A DNA stretch of 44,883 bases from a virus (Duplodnaviria > Caudoviricetes): positions 1 to 44,883 of the IMG/VR virus record IMGVR_UViG_3300039306_000022, one strand, 5' to 3'. The position numbers and the translations under genes are program-made. Below are positions 1-9,371 of the stretch, in pieces. Each line of letters opens with the position of its first letter. Position 1 is the stretch's first letter. The notes beneath the pieces were generated by a model, which had not been told where the DNA came from, did not search any database, and saw nothing but the letters and a program-made list of their open reading frames with translations.

Positions 1-615
1 CTAATGTTGGACTAAAGATAGCGGCTCAAATAAATATTTGGCAACAGACCGGTGGGAAATACCCAACTGACGACCAATGGCCCGATCAGAGAGATTTTGC
101 GCTTTCAGTGCTTGAATCTGCTTTCTGAGTTGTTCATCTAACCCTTTCCTGCCAAAAGGCTTTCCGGACTTAGTACCCTTCACTTTGGCCCTGGCGATGC
201 CGGCGTTGACTCGCTCTAGGTGCCGTACTTTCTCCTGCTTGGCCAGGGTAGACAACAATGATATGATCACGTGCTTGAACATACCAGAGCTATCAATATA
301 CTGTTCAGTCTGGGATCGGAAGTGAACGCCGTAGCTCTCCAGTTGGTCGAGGTAGTGGATGGTCTTTACAGTGCCTTCCCGACTGAAACGGTCGAGGCTC
401 CAGAAAAGTAAGATATTGAATCGGTGCTGGTAGGCATCTGCCATCATCCGCTTGAACGCTGGCCGATCGGCTTCTGACTTGCTTCCGCTCACTACATCGA
501 CGTACTCATCAACTATTTGAAATTCGTGGGAATTAGCAAACCGCCGAAGCTCGATGAGTTGATTCTCTGCAGTCTGGTCTTTAGTGGATACACGGGCGTA
601 GATGGCTACTTTCAT
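1..615 (-). CDS. Serine recombinase (resolvase/invertase family) with C-terminal HTH
   Basis: YARVST catalytic Ser motif, DRFSR motif, GKPFGRK linker and C-terminal HTH (SDRAIGRQLGISHRSV); start moved to the ATG of MKVAIY. Confidence 0.95.
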   Translation of the reverse strand: MKVAIYARVSTKDQTAENQLIELRRFANSHEFQIVDEYVDVVSGSKSEADRPAFKRMMADAYQHRFNILLFWSLDRFSREGTVKTIHYLDQLESYGVHFRSQTEQYIDSSGMFKHVIISLLSTLAKQEKVRHLERVNAGIARAKVKGTKSGKPFGRKGLDEQLRKQIQALKAQNLSDRAIGRQLGISHRSVAKYLFEPLSLVQH

Positions 616-631
616 TTTAGAGTTATTAAAT

Positions 632-1096
632 TCAATGGAAACTCTCTTCCCAGGCAATCATAAGTTTCAAGAATTCATCAACTATTTCAAGAACTCTGGT
701 CTCATTGAGTTCGCTAGTCGCGTGATCAGCTATCATTTTTCTCTCTTGATCTATTTTAAAAACTTCATCATAGTGTGACAAAAATTCCGCTACTATCCTT
801 CCATTGTAAGCTTGCCTAAAGCGTAGCCTGCCACCTTTACAAGTCGTTTTAATCAAACTATTGGAGTTTTTATAAAAATGCCCTGATTCGCGATCATCGA
901 ATACTAAATCCACAGCAGCACCTGGAACTCCGTCTGGTTGTGTTACTTTCCAGTTCAAGTTAGTCTCATTCACTACATTAATTAAAATATTAACAACTTC
1001 AATGCTTTTAATTCTGTGCCAGAAACTTAATTGATTGCGTCTATTTTCTTGTTGCTCGTTATAAGATTTTGCCGATTCTTTGATTGATTCATACAT
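632..1096 (-). CDS. Hypothetical protein (AT-rich accessory gene)
   Basis: 154-aa ORF with ATG start, upstream of and co-oriented with the resolvase. Confidence 0.7.
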   Translation of the reverse strand: MYESIKESAKSYNEQQENRRNQLSFWHRIKSIEVVNILINVVNETNLNWKVTQPDGVPGAAVDLVFDDRESGHFYKNSNSLIKTTCKGGRLRFRQAYNGRIVAEFLSHYDEVFKIDQERKMIADHATSELNETRVLEIVDEFLKLMIAWEESFH

Positions 1097-1114
1097 ATTA
1101 TAGGAGGTTAAGTA

Positions 1115-1214
1115 TGGACATAAAGGTACTCCTTTTTGTCCACCTTTCCACCCATCAAAAACAGCGTAATTTTGGACATTTTTTGCCCAATTTTTAGGGA
1201 GGGTTTTTGTCCAC
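1115..1214. repeat. Cluster of TGGACA/TTTTTGTCCAC inverted and direct repeats; candidate res site
   Basis: TGGACA at 1115 and 1173; TTTTTGTCCAC at 1133 and 1204; TTTTTGCCCA at about 1180; lies upstream of the resolvase operon. Confidence 0.5.
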
Positions 1215-1225
1215 TATATTTAGGT

Positions 1226-1444
1226 ATGGAAAAGAGTATAACGCAGGAAATTATCGAACTGGCAAAAACACAACTGCCCGAACCAAAACCGGAAAATGGA
1301 CCCATCTACATCGTGCCCATTATGCACACCGAGATTTACGGGATGAATTTCAATCGTTTCCCTACCCCGCAACCTCATGAGAGGGGCTTTCTAGTAGAAT
1401 TTCAGCTTTACCAAGGACGCTGGGAGTTTCAAAACATTCGCTAG
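1226..1444 (+). CDS. Hypothetical protein (72 aa)
   Basis: ATG at 1226, just after a TATATTTA -7-like element. Confidence 0.6.
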   Translation: MEKSITQEIIELAKTQLPEPKPENGPIYIVPIMHTEIYGMNFNRFPTPQPHERGFLVEFQLYQGRWEFQNIR

Positions 1445-1555
1445 CACCGTAGTGGATACGAGCGTTTTTAGCAGTACACTAAAACCAAAAAATAAGCTGG
1501 CTTCCAGGAAGAAAACCGGCCTCTTTCAACTACCCTTTTTTTCAGTACACTTTGC

Positions 1556-1607
1556 CATATTTTACTTTCCTGTACCAAAGTAAAATATGTGCCTGTATAT
1601 TTTACTT
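1556..1607. repeat. 13-bp inverted repeat CATATTTTACTTT/AAAGTAAAATATG plus a third direct copy
   Basis: Arms at 1556-1568 and 1577-1589; ATATTTTACTT again at 1597-1607. Confidence 0.6.
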
Positions 1608-1722
1608 AACCCACCGCAGAGTAATTGAGAAAGGTACACTCTTCGATACCATCGGGTAAAACACCTATCTTTACAAAAACCTACTGAATCCCCCGATTAA
1701 TCAAATCCCACAGAAAGGCCTT

Positions 1723-1757
1723 GTCCTTTCTGATCCTACCCATTTTCTTCTTTTTTG
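1723..1757 (+). promoter_or_regulatory. Putative phage late promoter, copy 1 (GTCCTTTC-N19-CTTTTTTG, degenerate -7)
   Basis: Same octamer and spacing as the other four copies. Confidence 0.55.
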
Positions 1758-1762
1758 ATGTA

Positions 1763-2266
1763 ATGAACGCAATGATCACCATCCAGATCCCTGTTAAGGC
1801 ACACGTCTATAAGTATCTGACCTCTCAGTTCGGGCCGGCAATGACGCTGTCCAGATCGCATTCGGTTAGTTTACTGCTGATGCATTTGCTTAAGCGTAAC
1901 TCCAGCGACAAGCAGTATGACTACGTAACCAAGTCCTATGAGAATAGCTACACAGTACAGATCACCAAGGGATTCGTTTTCGACCGGGGTGCTTGCTATT
2001 TGAGTAGCTACTCAGTAATGCAGCTGAACAATTTTGTGGATGATCTGATTAAAGCGCAATTCTTCAACTTTATGGAATTTGCCCTGGCAACCGGCATGAT
2101 GCGCCGGGATGCGATCTACAAGTTCCGGGAGCGCTACGGATTTGAGGAACACGAGCTGGCCTTTGAGACCCTGAAAAAAGCGTACTACCGGCATGAGCGA
2201 TCGCAGCAGGGCTTAGTAAACAAGCTCAGCCATGCCCCACTCTCTACCTTCGCTCGCACGGCCTGA
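1763..2266 (+). CDS. Phage protein, possible DNA-binding late regulator
   Basis: N-terminal beta-alpha segment (ITIQIPVKAHVYKYL) and basic helical C-terminus (TLKKAYYRHER); function inferred. Confidence 0.6.
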   Translation: MNAMITIQIPVKAHVYKYLTSQFGPAMTLSRSHSVSLLLMHLLKRNSSDKQYDYVTKSYENSYTVQITKGFVFDRGACYLSSYSVMQLNNFVDDLIKAQFFNFMEFALATGMMRRDAIYKFRERYGFEEHELAFETLKKAYYRHERSQQGLVNKLSHAPLSTFARTA

Positions 2267-2789
2267 CGGAGACAATTTCGGTGGCCTGCTGGCCCTGCAG
2301 ATCTTTAAAGCTTCTCACGTGGTTCGCATTCCGGATCACGACGGCGTAATTCTGCCCCAGTCGCTGGAAATGCAGAGTGGTATCACGCTGGCCGGCCTCT
2401 ACTTCACGCCGGGCAGCGCCTCTTTTTCAGAGGATCCATTCGAAACTGATCAGGGAGAGCTCTACAAATTCAAGATTTCGTTTTCCGTTCCCAAGCTGGC
2501 TCCCGATATACACTACTGGCTACAGGCCCAGCGGGGTTATGATCTGATGGCTATCATCCTCGACGGGAATCGAAACTCCCTTCTGATTGGAAATCAGGAC
2601 TACCCTTTAACGCTCAAGGCCGAAAAGGACACGGGCAACCAACCCGCCAAAAAGAACGGATATTCCTTCACCCTGACCGGCGAGGCACCGGATCCGGCGC
2701 CTTTCTACATGATGTACGAGGGACAATTGCCTCCACCCCGGAAGGTATTCTCCTCGGGTTTTTCTTACGGTTTTTTACGCACGCCCTGA
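2232..2789 (+). CDS. Tail-tube-fold structural protein, paralog of 9372-9911
   Basis: Shares DNxGGL, D/NGNxxxIG..xP and APFY motifs with 9372-9911. Confidence 0.6.
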   Translation: MPHSLPSLARPDGDNFGGLLALQIFKASHVVRIPDHDGVILPQSLEMQSGITLAGLYFTPGSASFSEDPFETDQGELYKFKISFSVPKLAPDIHYWLQAQRGYDLMAIILDGNRNSLLIGNQDYPLTLKAEKDTGNQPAKKNGYSFTLTGEAPDPAPFYMMYEGQLPPPRKVFSSGFSYGFLRTP

Positions 2790-2790
2790 T

Positions 2791-4005
2791 ATGACTATTG
2801 AAGAACTTAAACTGCTTAATCAAGAGTTGTTTCAAAACAACATTAGCGAACAGATTGAGCCGGTTGACCTCCGTTTTTTCTTGGATCAAGTACTCAATGC
2901 GCTTGCAGCTGGCATTACGCCCACCAAGGAAAACCAGGGAGTAGCCGCTCAGTTGGTCAGTGCCCTGCTTGGTGGTGCCGGCAATGATGCCAATACCCTC
3001 TATAAATTACGCCTGTTGATTAGTGCCCTACAGACCTCTGTGAGCAATAAGGAAAATAGCGGCGTAGCTGCTCAGTTGATTGCGGACCTGAAGGGAGGCG
3101 TATCGACTAATCGGGATACACTCAAAAAACTCTCCGACGCCATTGATGGGCTTATATCCGTGGAGCGCAACGTGGAAGACATTGCCGAGCGTAATGCCCT
3201 CCCGGATAAAAAGGATAAAGAGAATGTGTACGTGGCCAATGCCACAGGGGATCCAACCGTTTCAGGCGGTTGGGCAATCTATAAATATATCCTGGCCACC
3301 ACGTCCTGGATTAAAATTGCTGAAGGCGAAAGTATTGATATTGACTTCTCTCTATATGCTAAAAAGGCAACGGGTGATTCTGATGTAGATTATACGCCAG
3401 CTGAGAGCAATAACTCAACTGGGTTCTTTGCCGGGCTGCTCACATCCGGTAAGCTAAAAATTAAGGCTGCGCTGGATTTTATAGTCAGCAAGGTGAAGCT
3501 AATCGGTGACCTGGCTACGCTTACCACTACGGCCAAAACTACACTGGTAGCAGCCATTAACGAGGTGCGTAGCAGCATTCCCGCTGCCGCAGTTTCCGGA
3601 GCAGTAACTAAAAAAGGCAGCTTTAACGCAACACTAGCTCAAATTACGCCCACTGGATCAACTGCTGTTGCCATTCCGGCAGCAGCCTTGGAAAATAAAG
3701 GAGAATACTATGTCGTGGCCGTTGCCGGCACTTATGCCACTGTGACCTATGCCATTGGTGACTGGATTGTCTCCGACGGAACGGCCTGGAGCAAAGTAGA
3801 CAATACCGAAACCGTTACTTCGGTGAATGCCAAACTGGGTGCCGTTGTATTAGTGGCTGGGGATATTGGTTTTACACCCCCCGTTGGCATGGTTGCCACG
3901 AATGTACAGTCGGCCATCAACGAGAACAAGACCAGCCTTTCGGTACTGGACAACGATCAGAAAACCCTCAAAATTTACAAGTCAACCAATTTCAATGGAT
4001 TTTAA
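2791..4005 (+). CDS. Tail fibre-like structural protein
   Basis: Internal repeat KENxGVAAQL..L.GG…NTLxKL, LVAAINEV, GDWIVSDGTAW, VTSVNAKLGAVVL and NVQSAI fibre motifs; Ala/Thr/Gly-rich. Confidence 0.75.
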   Translation: MTIEELKLLNQELFQNNISEQIEPVDLRFFLDQVLNALAAGITPTKENQGVAAQLVSALLGGAGNDANTLYKLRLLISALQTSVSNKENSGVAAQLIADLKGGVSTNRDTLKKLSDAIDGLISVERNVEDIAERNALPDKKDKENVYVANATGDPTVSGGWAIYKYILATTSWIKIAEGESIDIDFSLYAKKATGDSDVDYTPAESNNSTGFFAGLLTSGKLKIKAALDFIVSKVKLIGDLATLTTTAKTTLVAAINEVRSSIPAAAVSGAVTKKGSFNATLAQITPTGSTAVAIPAAALENKGEYYVVAVAGTYATVTYAIGDWIVSDGTAWSKVDNTETVTSVNAKLGAVVLVAGDIGFTPPVGMVATNVQSAINENKTSLSVLDNDQKTLKIYKSTNFNGF

Positions 4006-4007
4006 TT

Positions 4008-4436
4008 ATGCCAAAAAATCAGAATATATTTTTTACCAGTGACATACGGGCCAGGGGCTCGGCTTTCGCATTAGCAGATTCAACAAATTCAAAGGATCTG
4101 CTTATACCCGCAACAGATGGTACCAGGATAGAAGCACTCATCATTACTTCTACCTCTGCTACGGCTAGGGTGTTGTTTTTACAGATCAATGATATTGTTC
4201 AAGGGCAGGTATTCCAGCTAGGACACATTACTGTACCTGCCAGCGCAGGACAGGGATCAGTAAATGCAGTGAGCGGTCTAAACCGAGGAAACCTGCCTTG
4301 GTTGCAGATAGACGCAAATGGCAACCCGTATTTGAACCTGAATAATAATATGCGCCTTTCAGCCCGACTTAGTACGGCTTTAACCGGTTCAGAACAGGTG
4401 ACTGTAACGGTATTGGGAGCTGATTATACTGCATAA
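4008..4436 (+). CDS. Putative virion beta-rich protein
   Basis: Tightly packed in the fibre module; beta-strand-like sequence ending GADY. Confidence 0.6.
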   Translation: MPKNQNIFFTSDIRARGSAFALADSTNSKDLLIPATDGTRIEALIITSTSATARVLFLQINDIVQGQVFQLGHITVPASAGQGSVNAVSGLNRGNLPWLQIDANGNPYLNLNNNMRLSARLSTALTGSEQVTVTVLGADYTA

Positions 4437-4437
4437 G

Positions 4438-5241
4438 ATGCAACCGGGACTTAAACCAACTGTTCGCGCACTGAAAGGCGTTGGCTTCAACCGGGCTTTA
4501 CCTGCTCCCTTTGGGTTTGATGCTGGCTTTACTGGTGACGGGGTGAACGATGAAATCCGTTTTCCCGGCTGGGTAGGAAAAAACCTGCCCTCTAGTTTCA
4601 CCATCGAGTTCTGGATTCGTATGTCAAGGACCCAATCTAATGCCGAGATGGGCATCCTCTCTATGCAGGGGACGGACGGAAGTTACAATAACATAGAGAT
4701 CGCTAACTCCAATACGCTAAGGATTCGCAATACAGGATCAGGCACAGGTACGTTAGCCATCGCTCCGACTTTGGGGCAAAACCTTCTGCATCACGTGGTT
4801 TTGCGAGCCTCCGGGGCTAACTGGGCTTGCAACGTAAACGGGATAGGTAACGCCAATTCTATTGCTCTTTCTGCTACCAGGAGCGGAACATTACTGTGGA
4901 ATAGCGAGACTGTTATAAGTGCTATGAGTCTGGGTAAATGCTCGTTTGGGCAAACGCTTATTCAGCCGGTGGATGAGTTTAGGATCTATAACCGACAAAT
5001 AGATAATGCCGAAATCGTGGCAAATTATAACGGTGGCGTGGGTGAGAACCCTCAAAATGTACTGGGCTTGGTTACGTGGCTAAAGTTCTCGCAAATTGAA
5101 ACCCTTGATTTCTCAGCCCTTCAAGACAATTCAGATTTGAGGTTAGGCGTGCGAGATATAAGTAATAACAACAACCACGGACAGGTGATTAACTGTGACA
5201 CCAATCCGGCCAGTGGGACTTACTGCCTAAGAACCTTCTAA
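4438..5241 (+). CDS. LamG/concanavalin A-like lectin domain protein (receptor-binding candidate)
   Basis: DGVND, FTIEFW, HHVVL and DEFRIYNR motifs. Confidence 0.85.
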   Translation: MQPGLKPTVRALKGVGFNRALPAPFGFDAGFTGDGVNDEIRFPGWVGKNLPSSFTIEFWIRMSRTQSNAEMGILSMQGTDGSYNNIEIANSNTLRIRNTGSGTGTLAIAPTLGQNLLHHVVLRASGANWACNVNGIGNANSIALSATRSGTLLWNSETVISAMSLGKCSFGQTLIQPVDEFRIYNRQIDNAEIVANYNGGVGENPQNVLGLVTWLKFSQIETLDFSALQDNSDLRLGVRDISNNNNHGQVINCDTNPASGTYCLRTF

Positions 5242-5245
5242 TTCT

Positions 5246-5761
5246 ATGTACGGATATATACCTCTAGCAAACGTAGCCCTAGTACACCAGGTTTACAGCA
5301 TTACCAGCCCCGCAGATTGGCAATTTGAGCGCGGCGGTCTAATGTATGGCGGCGTAGAAGAAAATGAATTCAGCCAGGCACAAAAGGCTGAATTGATTTC
5401 GCTGGGCGGCGGTTGGTTTGCAACGGCTGAAGAATTCAACCTGTGGCTTTCCGGAAACCAGCTGGCAACTTTAACTCCTTTTCTATTCGAAATACCAGTG
5501 ACGGCTACCCGTACGCTAGTATGTAACCTGCCTCTACTAACTGGCGGCAGTTCTTTTGTGCTGGATGTGACCGTCCGGGATGAAGATATGCCTGACCGCA
5601 TCGTGCAATTGATTTGCACCAACCAAGCCTATATTCAGACCCCAAACGGACCCGTACCCGAATTTGCCTTTTTAGTCGGCGCTATCCGATCGGATGCGGG
5701 CCTTAACACCCTCACCACGCAGATGCTGTATATGCGTAATCAGGAGGGAGCCTTTGACTGA
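5246..5761 (+). CDS. Hypothetical protein (fibre-associated)
   Basis: Operonic ORF, translationally coupled to the next gene. Confidence 0.7.
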   Translation: MYGYIPLANVALVHQVYSITSPADWQFERGGLMYGGVEENEFSQAQKAELISLGGGWFATAEEFNLWLSGNQLATLTPFLFEIPVTATRTLVCNLPLLTGGSSFVLDVTVRDEDMPDRIVQLICTNQAYIQTPNGPVPEFAFLVGAIRSDAGLNTLTTQMLYMRNQEGAFD

Positions 5762-6270
5762 TGGAAATATCAACGATCAACGGCCAAGCCGTAGTCACCG
5801 GCACCCAGATCGCTAGTCATAACCCATTTCGCTGGTATATGCACGATACGTATTTGCCTTGGTGCATACGCGTAGCCACCCAATCCTTTTGGAATCACTG
5901 GCTGGGTATCTGGGTTAGAGAAGACGGGGTCGTCTTCATTGTCGAGATGCAGGCTGGAAACAAGAAGACGGCCAGAAGGATTACCCGCTTTGAAATTTGG
6001 GAGCAGCGCCGGCCCGATCGGGTGTACGAGATCCTGCCCGGCATAGCCTGCACCAAGGAAGAAATTGATGCCTTTATTGGAGGTTACGATTACTGGAGCC
6101 TGATTTTTCGCTATCCGCTTTACCTGGTCAGCGGCTGGTGGATCGGTAAGAAAGGAGATGATGGCTGCTACGTGTGCTCCGAGTACTGGGCCCGAGTACT
6201 GAACTTACCAAATGCCCATCGGTTGGCTCCCCGCGATATGGCTCGGATTTTCGGGGCATCGCGGACTTAA
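5761..6270 (+). CDS. Permuted papain-like NlpC/P60 enzyme (YaeF/YiiX, C92-like)
   Basis: N-terminal His (SFWNH), YDY, C-terminal CSE with catalytic Cys, and P.D motif. Confidence 0.75.
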   Translation: MEISTINGQAVVTGTQIASHNPFRWYMHDTYLPWCIRVATQSFWNHWLGIWVREDGVVFIVEMQAGNKKTARRITRFEIWEQRRPDRVYEILPGIACTKEEIDAFIGGYDYWSLIFRYPLYLVSGWWIGKKGDDGCYVCSEYWARVLNLPNAHRLAPRDMARIFGASRT

Positions 6271-6467
6271 AAACCCAAACGATCCCAAAGAAATTTTGCA
6301 AAAATCACCGTCCGATTTGTCCCCTGAAAGTGCAATTAATTAATACAAAGATACAAAAATAAATTACACTCTTCTTACATTTCTACCATTTTTTTTTTCG
6401 AAGGCTCATCCCGGCGTTCCTTCAGGATCGGTGACTTGCCTTTTGTTCCTTTGCCCTCACTTCCTTA

Positions 6468-6502
6468 GTCCTTTCCGATAGGCCCGCTGCCCGATAAGTT
6501 TA
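6468..6502 (+). promoter_or_regulatory. Putative late promoter, copy 2 (GTCCTTTC-N19-TAAGTTTA)
   Basis: Upstream of the protease-capsid operon. Confidence 0.7.
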
Positions 6503-6539
6503 CATTCCGAAAATACGGCTGTTCACCAACCATTTTATC

Positions 6540-7907
6540 GTGGCCAAACATCGACTCCTTCTTACTGTTTTCCGCTCTGCCTGGCTGATTGAATCAAAGT
6601 CAGCCGAATCACTGCTTCCACTGCTGGGCCGCTATATGGCCGGGGAAAGGGTCGCATTTTTCGATGATGAGGAAGAAGAGGAGGCTCCCCAGCCCTACGC
6701 CGTGTGCAGGGTGCTGGACAAGGAGAGCAACACGTTCCAGAAGAAAAGCTATTCCACCTACGATGAAGCGCCGGAAGGATCGGTTGCCGTGATTCCTTTT
6801 TCGGGTACCATCTTCAAGGAAGACTATTGCGGTGCTCCCGGATCGGCCACGCTGGCCCGCTGGGTGCAGGATGCCGACGCGCACCCCAACATCGCCGCAA
6901 CGGTACTGATGATGGACAGCGGCGGAGGGACGGTCGATGGAACCTTTGAATGTGCCGACGCCCTAACTGCTACCCAAAAGCCGCTGGTTTCCTGGGTTAA
7001 CGGCATGGCCTGTTCGGCTGCCTACGGCATCATTAGCGGATCCAACCTGATCATTGCCTCTCACCAGGTAGCCGAGATCGGCTCCATCGGTACGGCCATC
7101 AAGGTCATGGACTCATCGGAGGCCATGAAAAAGTATGGCTATCAGTTGCACTACGTCACGGCCGACGATTCAAAAGATAAGAACAAGGCCTACTTCGAGA
7201 TGCTGAAAGGCAATTACGACCTCATCAAGCAGGAGAGCCTGAATCCTACCAATGATGTTTTCCTTTCTACGGTAAAAAAGAACCGAGAAGGCAAGCTCCA
7301 GCTCGACAAGAGCAAAGAGCCGCTCACTGGTAAAGTCTATTTAGCCCAGACAGCTATTGATTACGGGCTGATCGACGAGATCGGCACGCTTGATTACGCC
7401 ATCAGCCAAGCCCAAGGACTGGCTGAGGCTTCACCCATTGTACCATCCAATCCAAATTCCAATACTATGTTCGGGAACAAATACCCCAAAACGACGGCGC
7501 TCAAAGGTAAGACGGCCGATCAGATCACGCTGGAAGACATTAACCAGGTGAACGAAGAATTAAACGCCAACGGCATTACCGGGGTGACTGTTGTGAACGC
7601 CCAGGTGATTGCTGCTGCCGAAAAGGCTACCGCCGATCTGGAGCAGGCTACCACCCAACTGTCTACTGCCACCAAAGATCTGGCTACGGCCACCACGCAG
7701 GTAGCTCAGCTTACCAAGGAGCGTGACGAGGCGCAGGCTTTGGCTGACAAGTACGGTAAGCTTTCCGGAGCCAGCCATACCAACCCCAAGAAAGAAGGTC
7801 AGGAGCAGCAGGCGTCAGTCGTGGCAGACGACTTCCAGAAGCTGATGGATGAGTTGCCCCACAATATGGAAGCAGACAATAACATCCTGATTCCTAAGGC
7901 CAAATAG
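6540..7907 (+). CDS. S49 family prohead protease with C-terminal scaffold coiled coil
   Basis: DSGGG, MACSAAY and IGSIG motifs; directly upstream of the capsid gene. Confidence 0.9.
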   Translation: MAKHRLLLTVFRSAWLIESKSAESLLPLLGRYMAGERVAFFDDEEEEEAPQPYAVCRVLDKESNTFQKKSYSTYDEAPEGSVAVIPFSGTIFKEDYCGAPGSATLARWVQDADAHPNIAATVLMMDSGGGTVDGTFECADALTATQKPLVSWVNGMACSAAYGIISGSNLIIASHQVAEIGSIGTAIKVMDSSEAMKKYGYQLHYVTADDSKDKNKAYFEMLKGNYDLIKQESLNPTNDVFLSTVKKNREGKLQLDKSKEPLTGKVYLAQTAIDYGLIDEIGTLDYAISQAQGLAEASPIVPSNPNSNTMFGNKYPKTTALKGKTADQITLEDINQVNEELNANGITGVTVVNAQVIAAAEKATADLEQATTQLSTATKDLATATTQVAQLTKERDEAQALADKYGKLSGASHTNPKKEGQEQQASVVADDFQKLMDELPHNMEADNNILIPKAK

Positions 7908-7966
7908 GGCCTGATCCACTGCAGTACTAATAATCAATTCAGCTTTTAAACCCAAAATACAAAACC

Positions 7967-8911
7967 GTGACTATTGCTCAAATCATTGCCGAATTCGGGG
8001 CATACTACCTGAAAAACGGTCAAAACCTGGCCAGTCTCTATCAGCAGCTCTTCCAGGCTTCCGTAACGGAAGGAATTTTTACTCCGGTCATGACCGACGA
8101 AACCATTTGGCGGGCATCCGAGGCGCGGCACACCCGCGTACTCCAGCCTTTCCAGAAGACCTGGACCCCGGTGGGTGCAGCGACCTTCTTGCCGGTCGAA
8201 ATCAAACAGTACCAGATGAAGGCCGATCTGCAGGAGTATCCCGACGATCTGAAGGCAACCTGGTTGGGCTTTCTGGCCAGCAATGGCCTGGACCGCAAGA
8301 CCTGGCCATTTGTCAAATGGTGGATGGAAAAGCTGGTGATCCCCAAGGTGAAGGAAGACCTGGAGATGAATGAGATCTGGTCGGGTGTGTATGCCGCCCC
8401 GACCGTTGGCACGGCCGGCCCTGCCGGTACGGCCATGAACGGTCTGAAGAAAATCATTGCCGACCTGATCGTTGCCGCTCGGATCACTCCGATCGTAACC
8501 GGTGCCTGGAGTACCGATGATTTGACATTCGTGGATCAGATGGAATCATTCGTTGACGCCATCAATAGCAAGTACTGGAGTTTGGCCATGGAGTTGAACA
8601 TGAGTCTGGCCCTGGAGCGCAGATACGCCCGTGCTTATCGCAAAAAGTACGGTAAGGACACTGACTTTAAGGATGCCAACGGCAAGATCAAAGATACTAA
8701 CCTAAGCATCAAAGGCCTGCCTTCAATGGCTGGTTCCGGTAGGATCTTCTGTTCTCCCAAGGACAACCTGATCAAATTATCCCGGGCCACGCAGAACATG
8801 GAAAATTTCCAGATCGAGAATGTGGACCGCCAGGTGAAGGTCTACACGGACTTCTGGGTAGGCGTGGGTATGGTGATTCCCGAAGTTTTCTTCTGTAACG
8901 ACCAGGCATAA
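7967..8911 (+). CDS. Major capsid protein (putative)
   Basis: 314 aa, follows the protease/scaffold, MNGLKK motif. Confidence 0.75.
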   Translation: MTIAQIIAEFGAYYLKNGQNLASLYQQLFQASVTEGIFTPVMTDETIWRASEARHTRVLQPFQKTWTPVGAATFLPVEIKQYQMKADLQEYPDDLKATWLGFLASNGLDRKTWPFVKWWMEKLVIPKVKEDLEMNEIWSGVYAAPTVGTAGPAGTAMNGLKKIIADLIVAARITPIVTGAWSTDDLTFVDQMESFVDAINSKYWSLAMELNMSLALERRYARAYRKKYGKDTDFKDANGKIKDTNLSIKGLPSMAGSGRIFCSPKDNLIKLSRATQNMENFQIENVDRQVKVYTDFWVGVGMVIPEVFFCNDQA

Positions 8912-9005
8912 GCCTTCCAAAAAGGAACGCTTTCCATCATTGAAATTTTTCAACTCATCCGGGAAGTGACTCTTCAAGAGCCACCTCCCTCTCACTTACA
9001 ATACA

Positions 9006-9326
9006 ATGGCTAACGAAAAAGAATTGACGCCCGAAGAAATGAAGGCAAAAATCGCGGCCCTGGAGACTCAATTGAGCAAAGAGCGCGAGGATAACGACAA
9101 AGTGAACCAGGAGCTGCTGGCCAAGCTGGAGGAAACCTCCTTGCAGAAAGACGCGGCCGCTCCGGTGGTAACGCTGGACAAGGTAAAATACCGGGTCGTG
9201 GTTCCTAAGTTTCAGATCCTGGACAGGGTTTACGAAGCTAAGGAGGTAAAGAGCAACAGCGATTTGCTCGAAGCGCTGGTAGAGGCCGGATCTGGAGTCC
9301 TGGAAAAGATTGAGGACAAGGCATAA
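9006..9326 (+). CDS. Hypothetical head-associated protein
   Basis: Coiled-coil N-terminus; follows the capsid gene. Confidence 0.7.
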   Translation: MANEKELTPEEMKAKIAALETQLSKEREDNDKVNQELLAKLEETSLQKDAAAPVVTLDKVKYRVVVPKFQILDRVYEAKEVKSNSDLLEALVEAGSGVLEKIEDKA

Positions 9327-9371
9327 CGCCTAGCCCTTAATCAATGGTTTAACAATTTCAAATTATAACAA

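Noticed and set aside
2791-6270. Invertible tail-fibre cassette driven by the serine recombinase
   Set aside because: No flanking inverted crossover sites or reversed alternative fibre ends were seen
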